A stretch of DNA of 64,000 bases from Azolla caroliniana (lineage: Eukaryota; Plantae; Polypodiophyta): the NCBI GenBank assembly GCA_043228905.1, contig JBHGNT010000009.1, forward strand, positions 8,866,001 to 8,930,000. Reading direction: 5' to 3'. The translations under genes were made by a program, and so were the position numbers. Below are positions 39,898 to 53,600 of the stretch, piece after piece. The stretch's first letter is position 1, and each line of letters begins with the position of its first letter. The notes under the pieces were generated by a model. The model made no database searches. It had not been told where the DNA came from and was given only the letters and a program-made list of their open reading frames with translations.

Positions 39898-40575
39898 AAT
39901 GACAGGAACTACGTGCTCCCGATGAACAGCACTCGGCCACAACCGAGCCTAGAATCAAACACAGAAAACAGGGAATGAAAGCACAACACAATAGAGAGAA
40001 GAGTACACAGGATGTTTACGTGGAAAACCCAAACTTGGGAAAAACCACGACAGCCCACAGACCGCAAACTATCACTATATCAGACTGTACAATAGAAAAG
40101 CACCGAGGCCACGACCTCGAGCTTGCTAACTTCGCCGCAGGCGGCGGTTACAACAAAGGCAACAACCTCTTCCTCTCTCTCACTCTCTTTGTACATTGTT
40201 ACGCGCTCTAATCTTACACCAACAAGAATGACAACAACCACTTTCTAAGTTTGCCCTAAGTCATATTTATACTAATATGACTTTTCGGCTATTTACAAAT
40301 ATAGCCCCGATGGACTCTTAGAAAACATATTTGCGAATATGTCCCTTCATCCAGTGAGCACTTCTCACCGGGCCTTCATCATCCAGCTCTTGCCGGGTAC
40401 TCCTCATCCGGTTCTCACCGGGTCTTCCGTAGCCAGATACTCCTCATCCGGTTCACACCGGGTCTTCCGTAGCCGGGTACTCGACATCCGGTTTCGGCCT
40501 TGGCCGAGTTTGCTCATCGGTACTGATCTTCTCACCTCCCATCCGGAGGGACCTGTTTCCTAACAAACTCCTCCT

Positions 40576-43500
40576 TCACTCCGGCATGGGATGTCTTACA
40601 AGTCCGATTCGCTTCCGGCATGCATCCAGCTTGTCGGGTATCAGTACTTTGGTCAGCATATTTGACCCGTTCTCGACCGTGTGGATCTTCGTCAATGCGA
40701 ACTCCCAATCATCTACTCTTTCCCAGATCCAGTGATACCTTCGCCGGATATGCTTTGTCCGGGAATGGTAGGCCGCATTCTTAGCAAGGTGGATGGCACT
40801 TTGACTGTCGCAATAGAGCCGATATTCATCTTGCCGGATACCGAGCTCTCCGATGAAGTCCTTCATCCATAATATTTCCTTGCCGGCTTCCACAGCCGCC
40901 ATGTACTCCACCTCTGTGGTTGACAATGCAACCGTCTTCTGCAGCCTCGACTGCCACGAGATAGCTCCCCCTGCATATGTCATTACATACCCGGATGTAG
41001 ACCGGCTGGTATCCACATCAGCCGACATGTCTGAATCGGTAAAACCATCAAGTTGAGGTTTACCGGAGCCGAATCGAAGACACATGTTCGAAGTGCCCTT
41101 TAAGTACCGGAGTATCCATTTGACTGCGTTCCAGTGCTCCTTGCCGGGATTGCTCATAAACCGGCTCACCACTCTGACTGCGTATCCTATATCCGGTCGG
41201 GTACACACCATTGTGTACATTAAGCTCCCGGTGGTAGAGGCATATGGAACCTTCATCATATTCGCCTTCTCTGCTTTCGTCTTTGGGCTTTGCTTACCAG
41301 ATAACCTGGAGTTTGCCGGAAGTGTCGATCCGACCGGTTTCGCATCTGACATGTTGAACCGCTGAAGCATCTTTGTCACGTACTTCTCTTGTGACAGCCA
41401 TAATTGCTTCATTGACTGGTCCCGGATAATATGCATCCCCAGCATCTGTCTTGCCGGACCCAAGTCTTTCATTGAGAAGGTCCGGTTGAGAGCCTTCTTC
41501 AGCATCCGTATTTTGGCTTGGTCCCGTCCGATGATCAACATGTCGTCCACATATAGAAGGAGTATCAGGAAGTCGCCTCCTTCGAACTTCTTCACAAACA
41601 CACAGTGATCGCCTTGCGTCTTGTGGTACCCTTGATCGGTCATGAAGGAGTCGAACTTCCGGTACCATTGCCGGGGGGCCTGCTTCAACCCGTAGAGGCT
41701 CTTCTTCAACCGGCAAACCAGGTGCTCATTCCCTTTCTCCACGAATCCTTCCGGTTGCTGCATGTAGATCTCCTCTTCGAGGTCATCGTGAATGAATGCC
41801 GTCTTCACGTCCAGCTGCTCTACCTCGAGGTCCATGCTTGCCGCTATACTCAGCACCATCCGGATGGAGGTCATCTTTACTACCGGGGCAAATATCTCGT
41901 CGAAGTCCATGCCCTTCTTCTGCTGGAACCCCTTCACCACGATCCTAGCTTTGTATCTCGGGGGGTTGCCAGCATCTCCCGGTTTCAACTTGTACACCCA
42001 CTTATTTCGGAGTGCCCGCTTTCCTTTCAGCAACTCCACCAATTCGTACGTATGGTTCTCATGCAGGGAATCCATCTCATCCTGCATTGCACTTAACCAT
42101 TTTCGGCTGTGGGTGTCATCCTTCGCTTCTTCGAAGCTTTCTGGCTCCCCCTCATCGGTTAGCAGCACATGCTCTACATCCGGAAATCTCCGGGGGGCCC
42201 TTCTCTCTCTGAGAGGATATCTCCGTCTCTGGGCTTCGGTAACCAGCTCCTCCATTTGCTCTTCATCCGAATCCGATTCAAGGTCTTGGCCGGTTCCGGT
42301 TTCAGCTTCCTCTACTTCTTCTTCTGCCGGTTCGGTATCCTCACCGTAACCGGCTGGTTCCTCGAGTGCTAACCGGTCTCTTGCCGGTTGGGTCTGCTCA
42401 TCATAGAATCGATCCTTACCGGTCGACTCAGAGTTCATTATCTTCTTCTCTGACTCCCAGTCGACGAGCGTCTTGTCCTCCATGAAGATAATATCTCAAC
42501 TCCGGAATACCTTCTTGTCGACCAGGTCCCACACTCGGTAGCCAAACTCATCGTTGCCGTAACCAAGGAATATGCATGGCCGGGTCTTCGGATCTAGTTT
42601 TCCTCTCCGGTCCTTAGCTACATGCACATACACAAGACACCCGAATACCTTCATATGCTGGTAGGACACTTCCTTACCGGTCCAGACTCTCTGTGGCGTG
42701 TCTTCGCCCAAGGGTACTGAGGGTGATCTGTTTATCACGTACGTCGCTGTCGACAACGCCTCAACCCAAAACGCCTTGGGTAGTTTTGCATGCGCTAGCA
42801 TACTCCGGACCCTCTCCATTATGGTTCGGTTCATCCTCTCGGCCAGCCCGTTTAGTTCCGGCGTCTTCGGCACGGTAAATTCGAGCCGGATTCCCTTCGA
42901 GCGACAGTACTCCTCGAACTGCCCCCGGTATTCACCTCCGTTATCTGCTCGAACCGCCTTCAGCTTCCGACTAGTTTCTCTTTCCACTCTTGCGTGGAGC
43001 TCTTTGAAGATGGACAACACCTGATCCTTCGTCTTCAACAGTGTGGCCCACAACTTTCGGCTGTGGTCATCTATGAATGTCATGAAGTACTGTGATCCTG
43101 CATGTGACTTCGTGTCCACTTGACACACATCAGTATGCACCAACTCCAGTAGTGCATTACGTCTCATCGGTGGCCTTGGTCGGAAGGAGGTCCGGTTTTG
43201 CTTACCGGCCAGACAATTAGTGCACTTCTCTAAGTGCACGTTCTTCACTGGAATGAGGTTGTCTTCTGCAAGCCTCTTCATCCCCTTCTCGCTCATGTGA
43301 CACAGTCTCTTGTGCCACAACTCACCGGTAGTGTCGGATGCCACGTTCACTTCTTCCGGGCATAACCGGGCATTCATTAGGTACAATGTGTTGACCTTCT
43401 GGGCCCGAGCCACAATTAGGCTTCCTTTGCTGAACTTCATAACACCGTTCTGTAGCCTTCATCATCTAGCCGATCGACTGATATCAAGTTCAGACGAACC

Positions 43501-44609
43501 TTCGGAATGTGTCGGACATCCTTTAGCAGCAACTTGCATCCGGTTGGTGTTGTCAACCACACGTCTCCTATGCCGACAATTCGGCATGTACCTTCATTCC
43601 CCATCCGGACACAGCCGTGATCACTAGTTGAGTAGGATGAGAAACATTTCCGGTCCGGGGTAAGGTGGAACAACACTCCGGAGTCGACCACCCAGGTCAT
43701 CTCGTCGCCGGCAAGGTTTAGCTCACTCTCCTCGGTGATGAGCATCAACTCTTCTTCACTTGCCGCGATTGCCGTCGTTCCCTTCCGGTCCGTTCCCCTC
43801 CGGCCTTTACCGTTCCGGTCCGGTGTCCGCTTCGAATCGGTACAGTCAGTTTCCTTGTCTTTTTGGAAATGCCGACAGTTCTTCTGGAAGTGTCCCGGCT
43901 TGCCGCAATAGAAGCAAGTAGGCCTCCCCCTTGACTTTGACCGTGTCCCCGACTTTTCCCGGTTCTAGGGGCTATGGTTCCTTTGTCTTCCGCATTCCGA
44001 TTCGGTAAGGAGCGCTTTGGAGTCGGAGCTCGTATCCTTATCTTTCCGACGCGCCTCCTCATCTAGCAAGCTCGACTTCACTCTTGCTAGGGATAAATGT
44101 TTCCCTTCCGGCCCGGCGTTGCCCAAGGTGACAACCAACGTCTCCTAGCTATCTGGGAGGGAACTGAGCAGGAGTAGTGCTAGTACCTCATCGGCGAGAG
44201 GTACTTCCAATGATGTTGCATGGTGTATCAGCCCCCGGAAGGCATTCATGTGCTCCGCCATGCTAGAGCCATCTTGGTATCGGAGTCTTACTAGCTTCTG
44301 GAATACCGAAACCTGGTTAACAACATTTTTGTTTTGAAACATAATGCCGATTTTCTCCCAGAGCTCATGAGCCTTGCTCTCTTCATTGAAGTTGTTGTAT
44401 AGACTCATGTCGATGAAGCACCGTATGTAAGCCGTCGTCTTCATGTGCATCACCTCCCATATCGCGGCGTCGATTTTGTCCGGTATCTTGTCCCCGAACT
44501 GAACCGGCAACCAAAGATCTTTCACCACAAGCATGTCCCTCATCTTCGACTTCCACACCGAATAGTTGGAGCCGGTGAGCTTGAACATGCCTCCCAACGA
44601 ATCGTCCAT
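40576..44609 (-). pseudogene. Copia A gag-pol (gag, CCHC, protease, integrase, RT, RNase H) broken by stops and frameshifts
   Basis: ORF pieces 44609-44145, 43748-43437 (WVVDSG), 43440-42496 (HTDV, DNGGEY, AERMNRT) and 42483-40576 (YVDD, FTDSD, YCDSQSA). Confidence 0.92.
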
Positions 44610-45200
44610 TTTCTGTGTCGTTTTGCTTTGATACCACTTTGATAGGAACTACGTGCTCCCGATGAACAACGCTCGGCCACAACCGAGCCTAGAATCAAAC
44701 ACAGAAAATAGGGAATGAAAACACAACACAATAGAGAGAAGAGTACACAGGATGTTTATGTGGAAAACCCAAACTCGGGAAAAACCACGGCAGCCCACAG
44801 ACCGCAAACTATCACTATATCAGAATGTACAATAGAAAAGCACCGAGACCACGACCTCGAGCTTGCAATCTTCGCCACAGGCGTGTTGGGAACTCGACGT
44901 TCCTTATGTTCGACGCTCGGCCACAACCGAGATTCTTTACATACACAGAAAAACAAGTAATGAAAACGCGACACAAAAGAGGAGAAATGGTACACAGGAG
45001 GTATATGTGGAAAACCCCAAAATAGGGCCTACACCATCCGACTCTCCGCAGTTGGGTACTCCTCATCCGGTTCATACCGGGTCTACACCATCCGACTCTC
45101 CGCAGTCGGGTACTCCTCATCCGGTTCATACCATTTCGGCCTCGGCACTGGTCTTCTAACTTCCCATCCGGAGGGACCTGTCTACCAACAAACTCCCCCT

Positions 45201-48200
45201 TCACTCCGGCATGGGGTATCTTTCCAGCCCGATCCTCTTCCGGCATGCATCCAGCTTGTCGGATGTCAGCACTTTGGTCAGCATATCTGACCCGTTCTCG
45301 GCCGTGTGAATCTTCGCTAGTGCGAACTCCTGGTCATCTACCCTTTCCCGGATCCAGTGATACCTCCGCTGGATATGCTTCGTCCGAGAATGGTAGGCCG
45401 CATTCTTAGCAAGGTGGATGGCACTTTGACTGTCGCAGTAGAGTCGGTATTCCTCTTGCCGGATACCGAGCTCTTCGATGAAGTCCTTCATCCATAATAT
45501 TTCCTTGCCGGCTTCTACAGCCGCCATGTACTCCGCCTCTGTGGTTGACAATGCAACCGTCTTCTGCAGCCTCGACTACCACGAAACAGCTCCCCCTGCA
45601 TATGTCATCACATACCCAGATGTAGACTGGTTGGTATCCACATCAGCCGACATGTCCGAATCGGTGAAACCGTCCAGTTGAGGTTTTCCGGTGCCGAATC
45701 GGAGACACATATTTGAAGTGCCCTTCAGATACCGGAGTATCCATTTGACCGCGTTCCAATGCTCCTTGCCGGGATTGCTCATAAACCGGCTCACCACTCC
45801 GACTGCGTATCCAATGTCCGGTCGGGTACAAACCATTGCGTACATCAAGCTCCCGACGGCAGAGGCATATGGAATCTTCATCATATCTGCCTTCTCTCCT
45901 TTTGTCTTCGGGCTTTGCTTGCCGGACAACTTGCAGTTTGCCGGAAGTGTCGATCCGACCGGTTTTGCATCTGACATGTTGAACCGGTGAAGCACCTTTG
46001 TCACATACTTCTCCTGTGACAGCCATAATTGCTTCACTGACCGGTCCCGAATGATGTGCATCCCCAACATCTGTCTTGCCGGACCCAAGTCCTTCATTGA
46101 GAAGGTCCGGTTGAGAGCCTTCTTCAGCATCCGAATTTTTCCTTGGTCTCGTCCGACGATCAACATGTCCTCCACGTACAGGAGAAGTATCAGGAAGTCC
46201 CCTCCTTCGAACTTCTTCACGAACACGCAGTGATCGGCCTGCGTCTTGTGGTAACCTTGATCGGTCATGAAGGAGTCGAACTTCCGATACCATTGCCGGG
46301 GAGCCTGCTTCAGTTCGTACAGGCTCTTCTTCAACCGGCATACCAGGTGCTCCTTCCCTTTCTCCACAAATCCTTCCGGTTGCTGCATGTAGATTTCCTC
46401 TTCGAGGTCGCCGTGGAGGAATGCCGTCTTCACGTCCAGCTGTTCTACCTCGAGATCCATGCTTGCTGCTATACTCAGCACCGTCCGGATGGAGGTCATC
46501 TTTACTACCGGGGCGAATATTTCGTCGAAGTCCACGCCCTTCTTCTGCTGGAACCCCTTCACCACGATCCTGGCTTTGTATCTCGGGGGGTTGCCGGCAT
46601 CTCCCGGTTTCAACTTGAACACCCCCTTGTTTCGGAGTGCCCGCTTTCCTTTCGGCAGTTCCACCAATTCGTACGTATGGTTCTCATGCAGGGAATCCAT
46701 CTCATCCTGCATGGCACTTAACCATTTTCGGCTGTGGGTGTCATCCTTCGCTTCTTCGAAGCTTTTCGGCTCCCCCTCATCGGTCAGCAGGACATGCTCT
46801 GCATCCGGAAATCTCCGGGGCGCCCTTCTCTCTCTGAGAGGATATCTACGTCTTCGGGCTTCGGTAATCGGTTCCTCCATTTGCTCTTCATCCGAATCCG
46901 ATTCGGGGTCTTGACCGGTTCCGGTCTCAGCTTCCTGCACTTCTTCTTCTGCCGGTTCGGTATCCTCACCGTAATCGGCTGGTTCTTCGAGTGCTAACCG
47001 GTCTCTTGCCGGTTGGGTCTGCTCATTGTAGAGTCTATCCTTACCGGTCGACTCGGAGTTCATTATCTTCTTCTCCGACTCCCAGTCGGCGAGCGTCTTG
47101 TCCTCCATGAAGATAATATCTCGACTCCGGAATACCTTTTTGTCGACCGGGTCCCACACTCGGTAGCCGAACTCATCGTCACCGTAACCGAGGAATATGC
47201 ATGGCCGGGTCTTTGGGTCTAACTTTCCTCTCCGGTCCTTTGCTACATGCACGTACGCGAGACACCCGAACACCCTCAGATGCCGGTAGGACACTTCCTT
47301 ACCGGTCCATACTCTCTGTGGCGTGTCTCCGTCCAAGGGTACTGAGGGTGATCTGTTTATCACATATGTCGCCGTCGACAGTGCCTCAGCCCAAAACTTC
47401 TTGGGTAGTTTTGCATGCGCTAGGATACTCCGGACCCTCTCCATTATGGTCCGGTTCATCCTCTCGGCCAGTCCGTTTAGTTCCGGCGTCTTCGGCACGG
47501 TAAATTCGAGCCGGATTCCCTTCGAGCGGCAGCGCTCCTCGAACTGCCCCCGGTACTCTCCTCCGTTATCTGCTCGAACCGCCTTCAGCTTCCGGCCGGT
47601 TTCTCTTTCCACTCTCGCGTGGAGCTCTTTGAAGACGGATAACACCTGATCCTTCGTCTTCAGCGGTGTGGCCCACAGCTTCCGGCTGTGGTCATCTATG
47701 AACGTCACGAAGTATTGCGTTCCGGCATGTGATTTCGTGTCTACTTGACAAACATCCGTATGCACCAACTCCAGTAGTGCATTACGTCTCATCGGTGGCC
47801 TTGGTCGGAAGGAGGTCCGGTTCTGCTTACCGGCCAGACAATCGGTGCACTTCTCTAAGTGCACGTTCTTCACTGGAATGAGGTTGTCGTCTGCAAGCAT
47901 CTTCATCCCCTTCTCACTCATGTGACATAGCCTCTTGTGCCACAGCTCACCGGCAGTGTCGGAAGCCACGTTCACTTCTTCCGGACATAGCCGGGTATTC
48001 ATCAGGTACAGAATGTTTACCTTCCGGGCCCGAGCCACAATCAGGCTCCCTTTGCTGAACTTCATGACACCGTTCCGGATGCTACCCGTGTAGCCCTCAT
48101 CATTTAGCCGACCGGCTGATATCAGGTTCAGACGAACTTCCGGAACGTGTCGGACATCCTTCAACAGCAACTTGCATCCGGTTGGTGTTGTCAGCCACAC

Positions 48201-49262
48201 GTCTCCTATGCCGACAATTCGGCATGTTCCTTCATTCCCCATCCGGACACAGCCGTGATCACCAGCTGAGTAGGATGAGAAGCATTTCCGGTCCGGGGTA
48301 AGGTGGAACGACGCTCCGGAGTCTACCACCCAGGTCATCTCGTCGCCGGCGTGGTTTATCTCACTCTCCTCGGTGATGAGCATCAACTCCTCTTCACTTG
48401 CCGCAATTGCCGTCGTTCCCTTCCGGTCCGGCCCCCTCCGGTCTTTACCGTTCCGGTCTGTACCGTTCCGGTTTGGGGTTTGTTTCGAATCGGTACCGTC
48501 GGTTTCCTTGTCTTTTCGGAAATGCCGACAGTTCTTTTGGAAATGTCCCGGCTTGCCGCAATAGAAGCAAGTAGGCCTCCCCCTTGACTTTGATCGTGTC
48601 CCCGACTTTTCCCGGTTCTGGGGACTACGGTTTCTATGTCTTCCGCGTTCCGATTCGGTAAGGAGCGCTTTGGGGTCGGAGCTCGTATCTTTGTCTTTCC
48701 GACGAGCCTCCTCATCTAGCAAGCTCGACTTTACTCTTGCTAGGGATAACCGTTTTCCTTCCGGCCCGGCGTTGCCCAAAGTGACAACCAACGTCTCCCA
48801 GCTATCCGGGAGGGAACCGAGCAGGAGTAGCGCTAGGACCTCATCGGCAAGAGGTACTTCCAATGACGTTGCCTGGTGAATCAGCCCCTGGAAGGCATTC
48901 ATATGCTCCGCCATGCTGGAGCCATCTTGGTACCGGAGTCTTACTAGCTTCCGGAATACCGACACCTGATTGACGGCATTTTTGTTCTGGAACATTATGC
49001 CGATCTTCTCCCAGAGCTCATGAGCCTTGCTCTCTTCATTGAAGTTGTTGTACAGGCTCATGTCGATGAAGCACCGTATGTACGCCGTTGTCTTCATGTG
49101 CATCACCTCCCATATCGCGGCGTCGATTTTGTCCGGTCTTTTGTCCCCGAACTGAACCGACAGCCAGAGGTCTTTAACCACGAGCATGTGCCTCATCTTC
49201 GACTTCCACACTGAATAGTTGGAGCCGGTGAGCTTGAACATGCCGCCAAACGATTCGTCCAT
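45201..49262 (-). CDS. Copia B gag-pol polyprotein, single frame with one premature TAG at 45578-45576
   Basis: MDESFGGMFKLTGSNY..., CFYCGKPGHFQKNC, WVVDSGAS, HHCC, DDE integrase, RT with YVED, RNase H continuing in frame to YPMPE*. Confidence 0.93.
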
Positions 49263-49769
49263 TTTCTGTGTCGATTTTGCTCTGATACCACTTGTTGGGA
49301 ACTCGACGTTCCTTATGTTCGACGCTCGGCCACAACCGAGATTCTTTACATACACAGAAAAACAGGTAATGAAAACGCGACACAAAAGAGGAGAAATGGT
49401 ACACAGGAGGTATACGTGGAAAACCCCAAAATAGGGGAAAAACCACGGCAGCCCACAAGCTGCAAACTGTCACTATGTAGAAAATATACAACAGTGAGAT
49501 CACTGAGGCAACGACCTCGTGCTCATAGATCTTCGCCACAGGCGGCGGTTACAACAGAGGCTACGACCTCGTCTCTCTCTCTCTCTCTCTCTCTGTACAG
49601 TTACGCGCTCTGATTTCTTCTTGCACCAACAACGAAGAATGACAATAACAACAACACTAAAAGTTTGCCCTAAGTCATATTTATACTAATATGACTTTTC
49701 GGCTATTTACAAATGTAGCCTCGATGGGCTCCATCCGGCTTTCCGCAGTCGGGTACTCTCCATCCGGCT

Positions 49770-49968
49770 CTTCGCAGTCGGGTACTCCTCATCCGGTTCA
49801 TACCGGGCCTACACCATCCGACTCTCCGCAGTCGGGTACTCCTCATCCGGTTCATACCGGGTCTACACCATCCGACTCTCCGCAGTCGGGTACTCCTCAT
49901 CTGGTTCATACCGGGTCTACACCATCCGACTCTCCGCAGTCGGGTACTCCTCATCCGGTTCATACCGT
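49770..49968. repeat. 54-bp tandem repeats in copia B 5' LTR
   Basis: CTACACCATCCG at 49809, 49863 and 49917. Confidence 0.9.
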
Positions 49969-50284
49969 TTCGGCCTCGGCACTGGTCTTCTAACTTCCCA
50001 TCCGGAGGGACCTGTCTACCAACAAGGCGGTGGTTACAACAGAGGCAATGACCTCTTCCTCTCTCTCACTCTCTCAGTACACTGTTACGTGCTCTAATCT
50101 TACACCAACAAGAATGACAACAACCACTTTCTAAGTTTGCCCTAAGTCATATTTATACTAATATGAATTTTTGGCTATTTACAAATATAGCCCCGATGGA
50201 CTCTTAGAAAGCATATTTGCGAATATGTCCCTTCATCCGGTGAGCACTTCTCACCGGGCCTTCATCATCCGGCTCTTGTCGGGT

Positions 50285-50597
50285 ACTCCTCATCTGGTTC
50301 TCACCGGGTCTTCCGTAGCCGGGTACTCCTCATCCGGTTCACACCGGGTCTTCCGTAGCCGGGTGCTTGTCATCTGGTTCTCACCGGGTCTTCTCCATCT
50401 GACTAAGCCGAGTACTCGTCATCTGGTTCTCACCGGGTCTTCCATAGCCGGGTACTCCTCATCCGGTTCACACCGGGTCTTCCGTAGCCGGGTGCTTGTC
50501 ATCCGGTTCTCACCGGGTCTTCTCCATCCGACTAAGCCGAGTACTCGTCATCTGGTTCTCACCGGGTCTTCCATAGCTGGGTACTCCACATCCGGTT
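50285..50597. repeat. 129-bp higher-order repeat (40+40+49-bp subunits) in copia A 5' LTR
   Basis: 43-aa periodicity in ORF 50171-50644; core CATC(C/T)GGTTC(T/A)CACCGGGTCTT. Confidence 0.85.
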
Positions 50598-50699
50598 TTG
50601 GCCTCGGCCTATCGGCCTTGGCCGAATTTGCTCATCAATACTGATCTTCTCACCTCCCATCCGGAGGGACCTGTTTCCTAACATTAAATTCCTTTGTAA

Positions 50700-53600
50700 A
50701 TGAGGCTCTGTGACTCCCTCTGGTCGATCAATGTCAACATTGAAGACGATGAATTAGTGCAAATATGCCTCGACAACCTAGCATCTTGGTTCGGCAGTCC
50801 TCGCGAGGGAGAACCCTCCCTCATTCTTCAATCTCGAGTCGATGCTACTGGTTGATGAAAATCATGTTGGGAAAACAGGTTCCTCCAGATGGGAAGATTA
50901 TGAGCCAAAGGAGTTGAGTCGATAGATGAACTTGGTTGAGGCCGAAAATCGATTTCCAAAAAATCAACTGGCTGAAAATCGAATGATAATTAATTTGGCA
51001 AATAGCTGAGGTCGAAGCCGAATTAGAGGCTATATTTGTAAATAGCCATAAATGTTGTAGATTTGTATATATACATCTAGGGCAATCATTATGCGTGTGT
51101 AGATAATCGTTATAATTGTAACAAGTTACAACGAGCAGTTGTCTTTGTAACTAGTAAGAGTAACAGAGAGATAGAGAGAGTGAGAGTAGTAACTCTATCG
51201 CCGTTTGTTAGACGAAGACGAGCTCGAGGTGGTTGCCTCTCAGTCTCCTTGTACTCCTCGCCACACACTTAGTGATTTGTTTCTTCCGTGGTTTTTTCCC
51301 TTTCGGGTTTTCCACGTAAAACATTTTGTGTCTCTGTTCTCTGGTTTCTGTTTTTGTTAGTGTACTTTCAACTTGTTCTTTGCACCTGAATACGTATATG
51401 AGAAATTACTTGTGGCTGGTAACGATCCTAACAAACTGTTATCAAAGCGATGGACAAACATTTTGGTGGGATGTTCAAGTTAACCGGCTCCAACTACTCA
51501 GTGTGGAAGTCGAAGATGCGGGATATTCTCGTGTGCAAAGACTTGTGGTTGCCGATGCAATACGATAAGACCAAGCCAGGCAAGATTGATGTATTGACTT
51601 GGGAAGTCATGCATTTGAAGTTGGATGCGTACATAAGGTGTTTTATAGACATGAGTCTTTACAACAACTTTGATGAAGAGATGAGTGTTGACGTCCTCTG
51701 AAAGAAGATTGGCACAATGTTCGAGAACAAGAACGTCGTGAACCAAGTCTCAATATTGGGAAAGATCGTGAGACTCTGGTATTAGGCTGGGTCCAGCATG
51801 GCAGAGCACCTTAATGCCTTCTAGGGATTGATCAATCAAACCACCTCTCTAGAAGTACCTCTTGTAGACAAGGTATTAACACTGTTGCTGTTGGGATCCC
51901 TTCCGGATAGTTGGGAAACACTCGTTGTCACATTGGGCAACACTGGACCGGAAGGGAAGCATCTATCCCTAGAGCAGGTGAAGTTGAGCTTACTAAACGA
52001 GGAAGCTCGTTGGAAGGACAGGGAGTCCATTGCCGACCCAAAGGCCTTAGTCACAAAAAGTGACATGAATCGAGGAAAAGGCTGAAATAGAAGTCCCTAG
52101 AATCGAGATAGCTCGGGGACAAGGTCAAAGTTGAGGGGGAGGCCCACATGCTTCTATTGTGGAAAGCCGGGGCACTTCCAGAAAAATTGCCGACACTTCT
52201 GAAAAGAGAAAGGGGGAGCCGACGGTGTTCAACCAAAGAAGATACCGGACAACAAGAACACCTCGGCGATCGCGACAAATGAGGAGGAGTTGTTGCTCAT
52301 TAGTGAGAAAAACAAAGTGAACCTTGTTGGCAATGAATAAACATGGGTGGTTGATTTAGGTGCATCATTCCACCTAACCCCTAATCGGAAATGCTTCTCA
52401 TATTATAGAACCAGAGATCTCGTCGAATTGTCTGTAAAGATGGGAAATGAAGGAGCATGCCGAATCTTCTGTATAGGAGATGTGTGTGTGACGACATCGA
52501 CCCAGTGCAGACTAGTGTTGAGAGATGTTCGACACGTTCCGGAAGTCATATTGAATCTGATATTAGCCGATCAACTGGATGACAAAGGCTACACAGGTAG
52601 CATCCGGAATGACGTCATGAAGTTCTGCAAGGGGACCCTGATTGTGGCTCGAGCCCAGAAAAATAGCACACTATATTTGATGCATGCTCGATTATGCTAA
52701 AACGAGGTAAACGTGGCAACCGACACAACCGGTGAGTTGTGGCATAATAGGCTATGCCACATGAACCAAAAGGGAATGTAGATGCCAACCAAGAGTGATC
52801 TCCTGCCGGAGATGAATAAAGTGCAGTTGTACAAATGTGCCGATTGCCTGGCCGGTAAACAAAACAAAGCAACTTTCCAACTGAGGCCTCCGATTTGGAA
52901 GAAATATGTCTTGGAACTCGTACACACTGATGTATGTTATGTAGATGCAAAATCTTGTTCTGGTGGAAATTACTTTGTTGCCTTCATTGATCCTTCATCT
53001 TTAGCACGTAAGCCCAAAACTTCAACACCTTCATTTTGGGCTTACATGCTGAAGACGAAGGATAAAGTATTGAGTGTCTTTAAGGAGTTCTAGGCGAGAG
53101 CTGAGAGAGAAACCGGACGTAAGCTGAAAGCGGTTCGAATGGACAACAACGGGGAATACCGAGGGAAATTCGAAGAGTACTGCTGAATGCAAGGTATTCG
53201 GCTAGAGTACATAGTGCCGAAGACGCTAGAGTTAAACGGTATGGCCGAGAGAATGAACCGGACCATCATGGAGAGAGTCCGATGCATGTTGGCACATGCG
53301 AAATTGCCGAAGATTTACTGGGCCGAGGCGTTGATGACAACCGTTTATGTGATAGTTAGGCCCCCTTCGGTTCCACTGGAAGGTGATATACCACAAAGGG
53401 TATGGTCCGGAAAAGAGGTGTCATATCGGCATCTAAGAGTGTTCGGCTGCCAAGCCTATGTGCATATAGCTAAGGACTAGATGTGGAAACTCAATCCCAA
53501 GAGCCGACCGTGCCTATTTCTCGGCTACGACAAAGATGAATTCGGCTACTGGCTATGGGAACTAATCAACAAGAAGGTGACTAGGAGCCGAGATATCGTC

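Larger units (their letters stand above)
44884..50024 (-). mobile_element. Ty1/copia element B (same family), nested in the 5' LTR of A
   Basis: TSD AGGCG (44879-44883; 50025-50029); 3' LTR 44884-45190; PPT AGGGGGAGTT; perfect Met PBS TGGTATCAGAGC 49290-49279; 5' LTR 49293-50024. Confidence 0.96.
39900..50683 (-). mobile_element. Ty1/copia element A (Tto1/Tork-like), full length, carrying element B in its 5' LTR
   Basis: TSD TTAAA (39895-39899; 50684-50688); 3' LTR 39900-40565; PPT 40566-40575; Met-type PBS TGGTATCAAAGC 44636-44625; 5' LTR 44640-44883 + 50030-50683. Confidence 0.95.

Noticed and set aside
45576-45578. Programmed stop readthrough in copia B
   Set aside because: Sister element A has CAG at this codon, so this is a simple C>T mutation within RNase H
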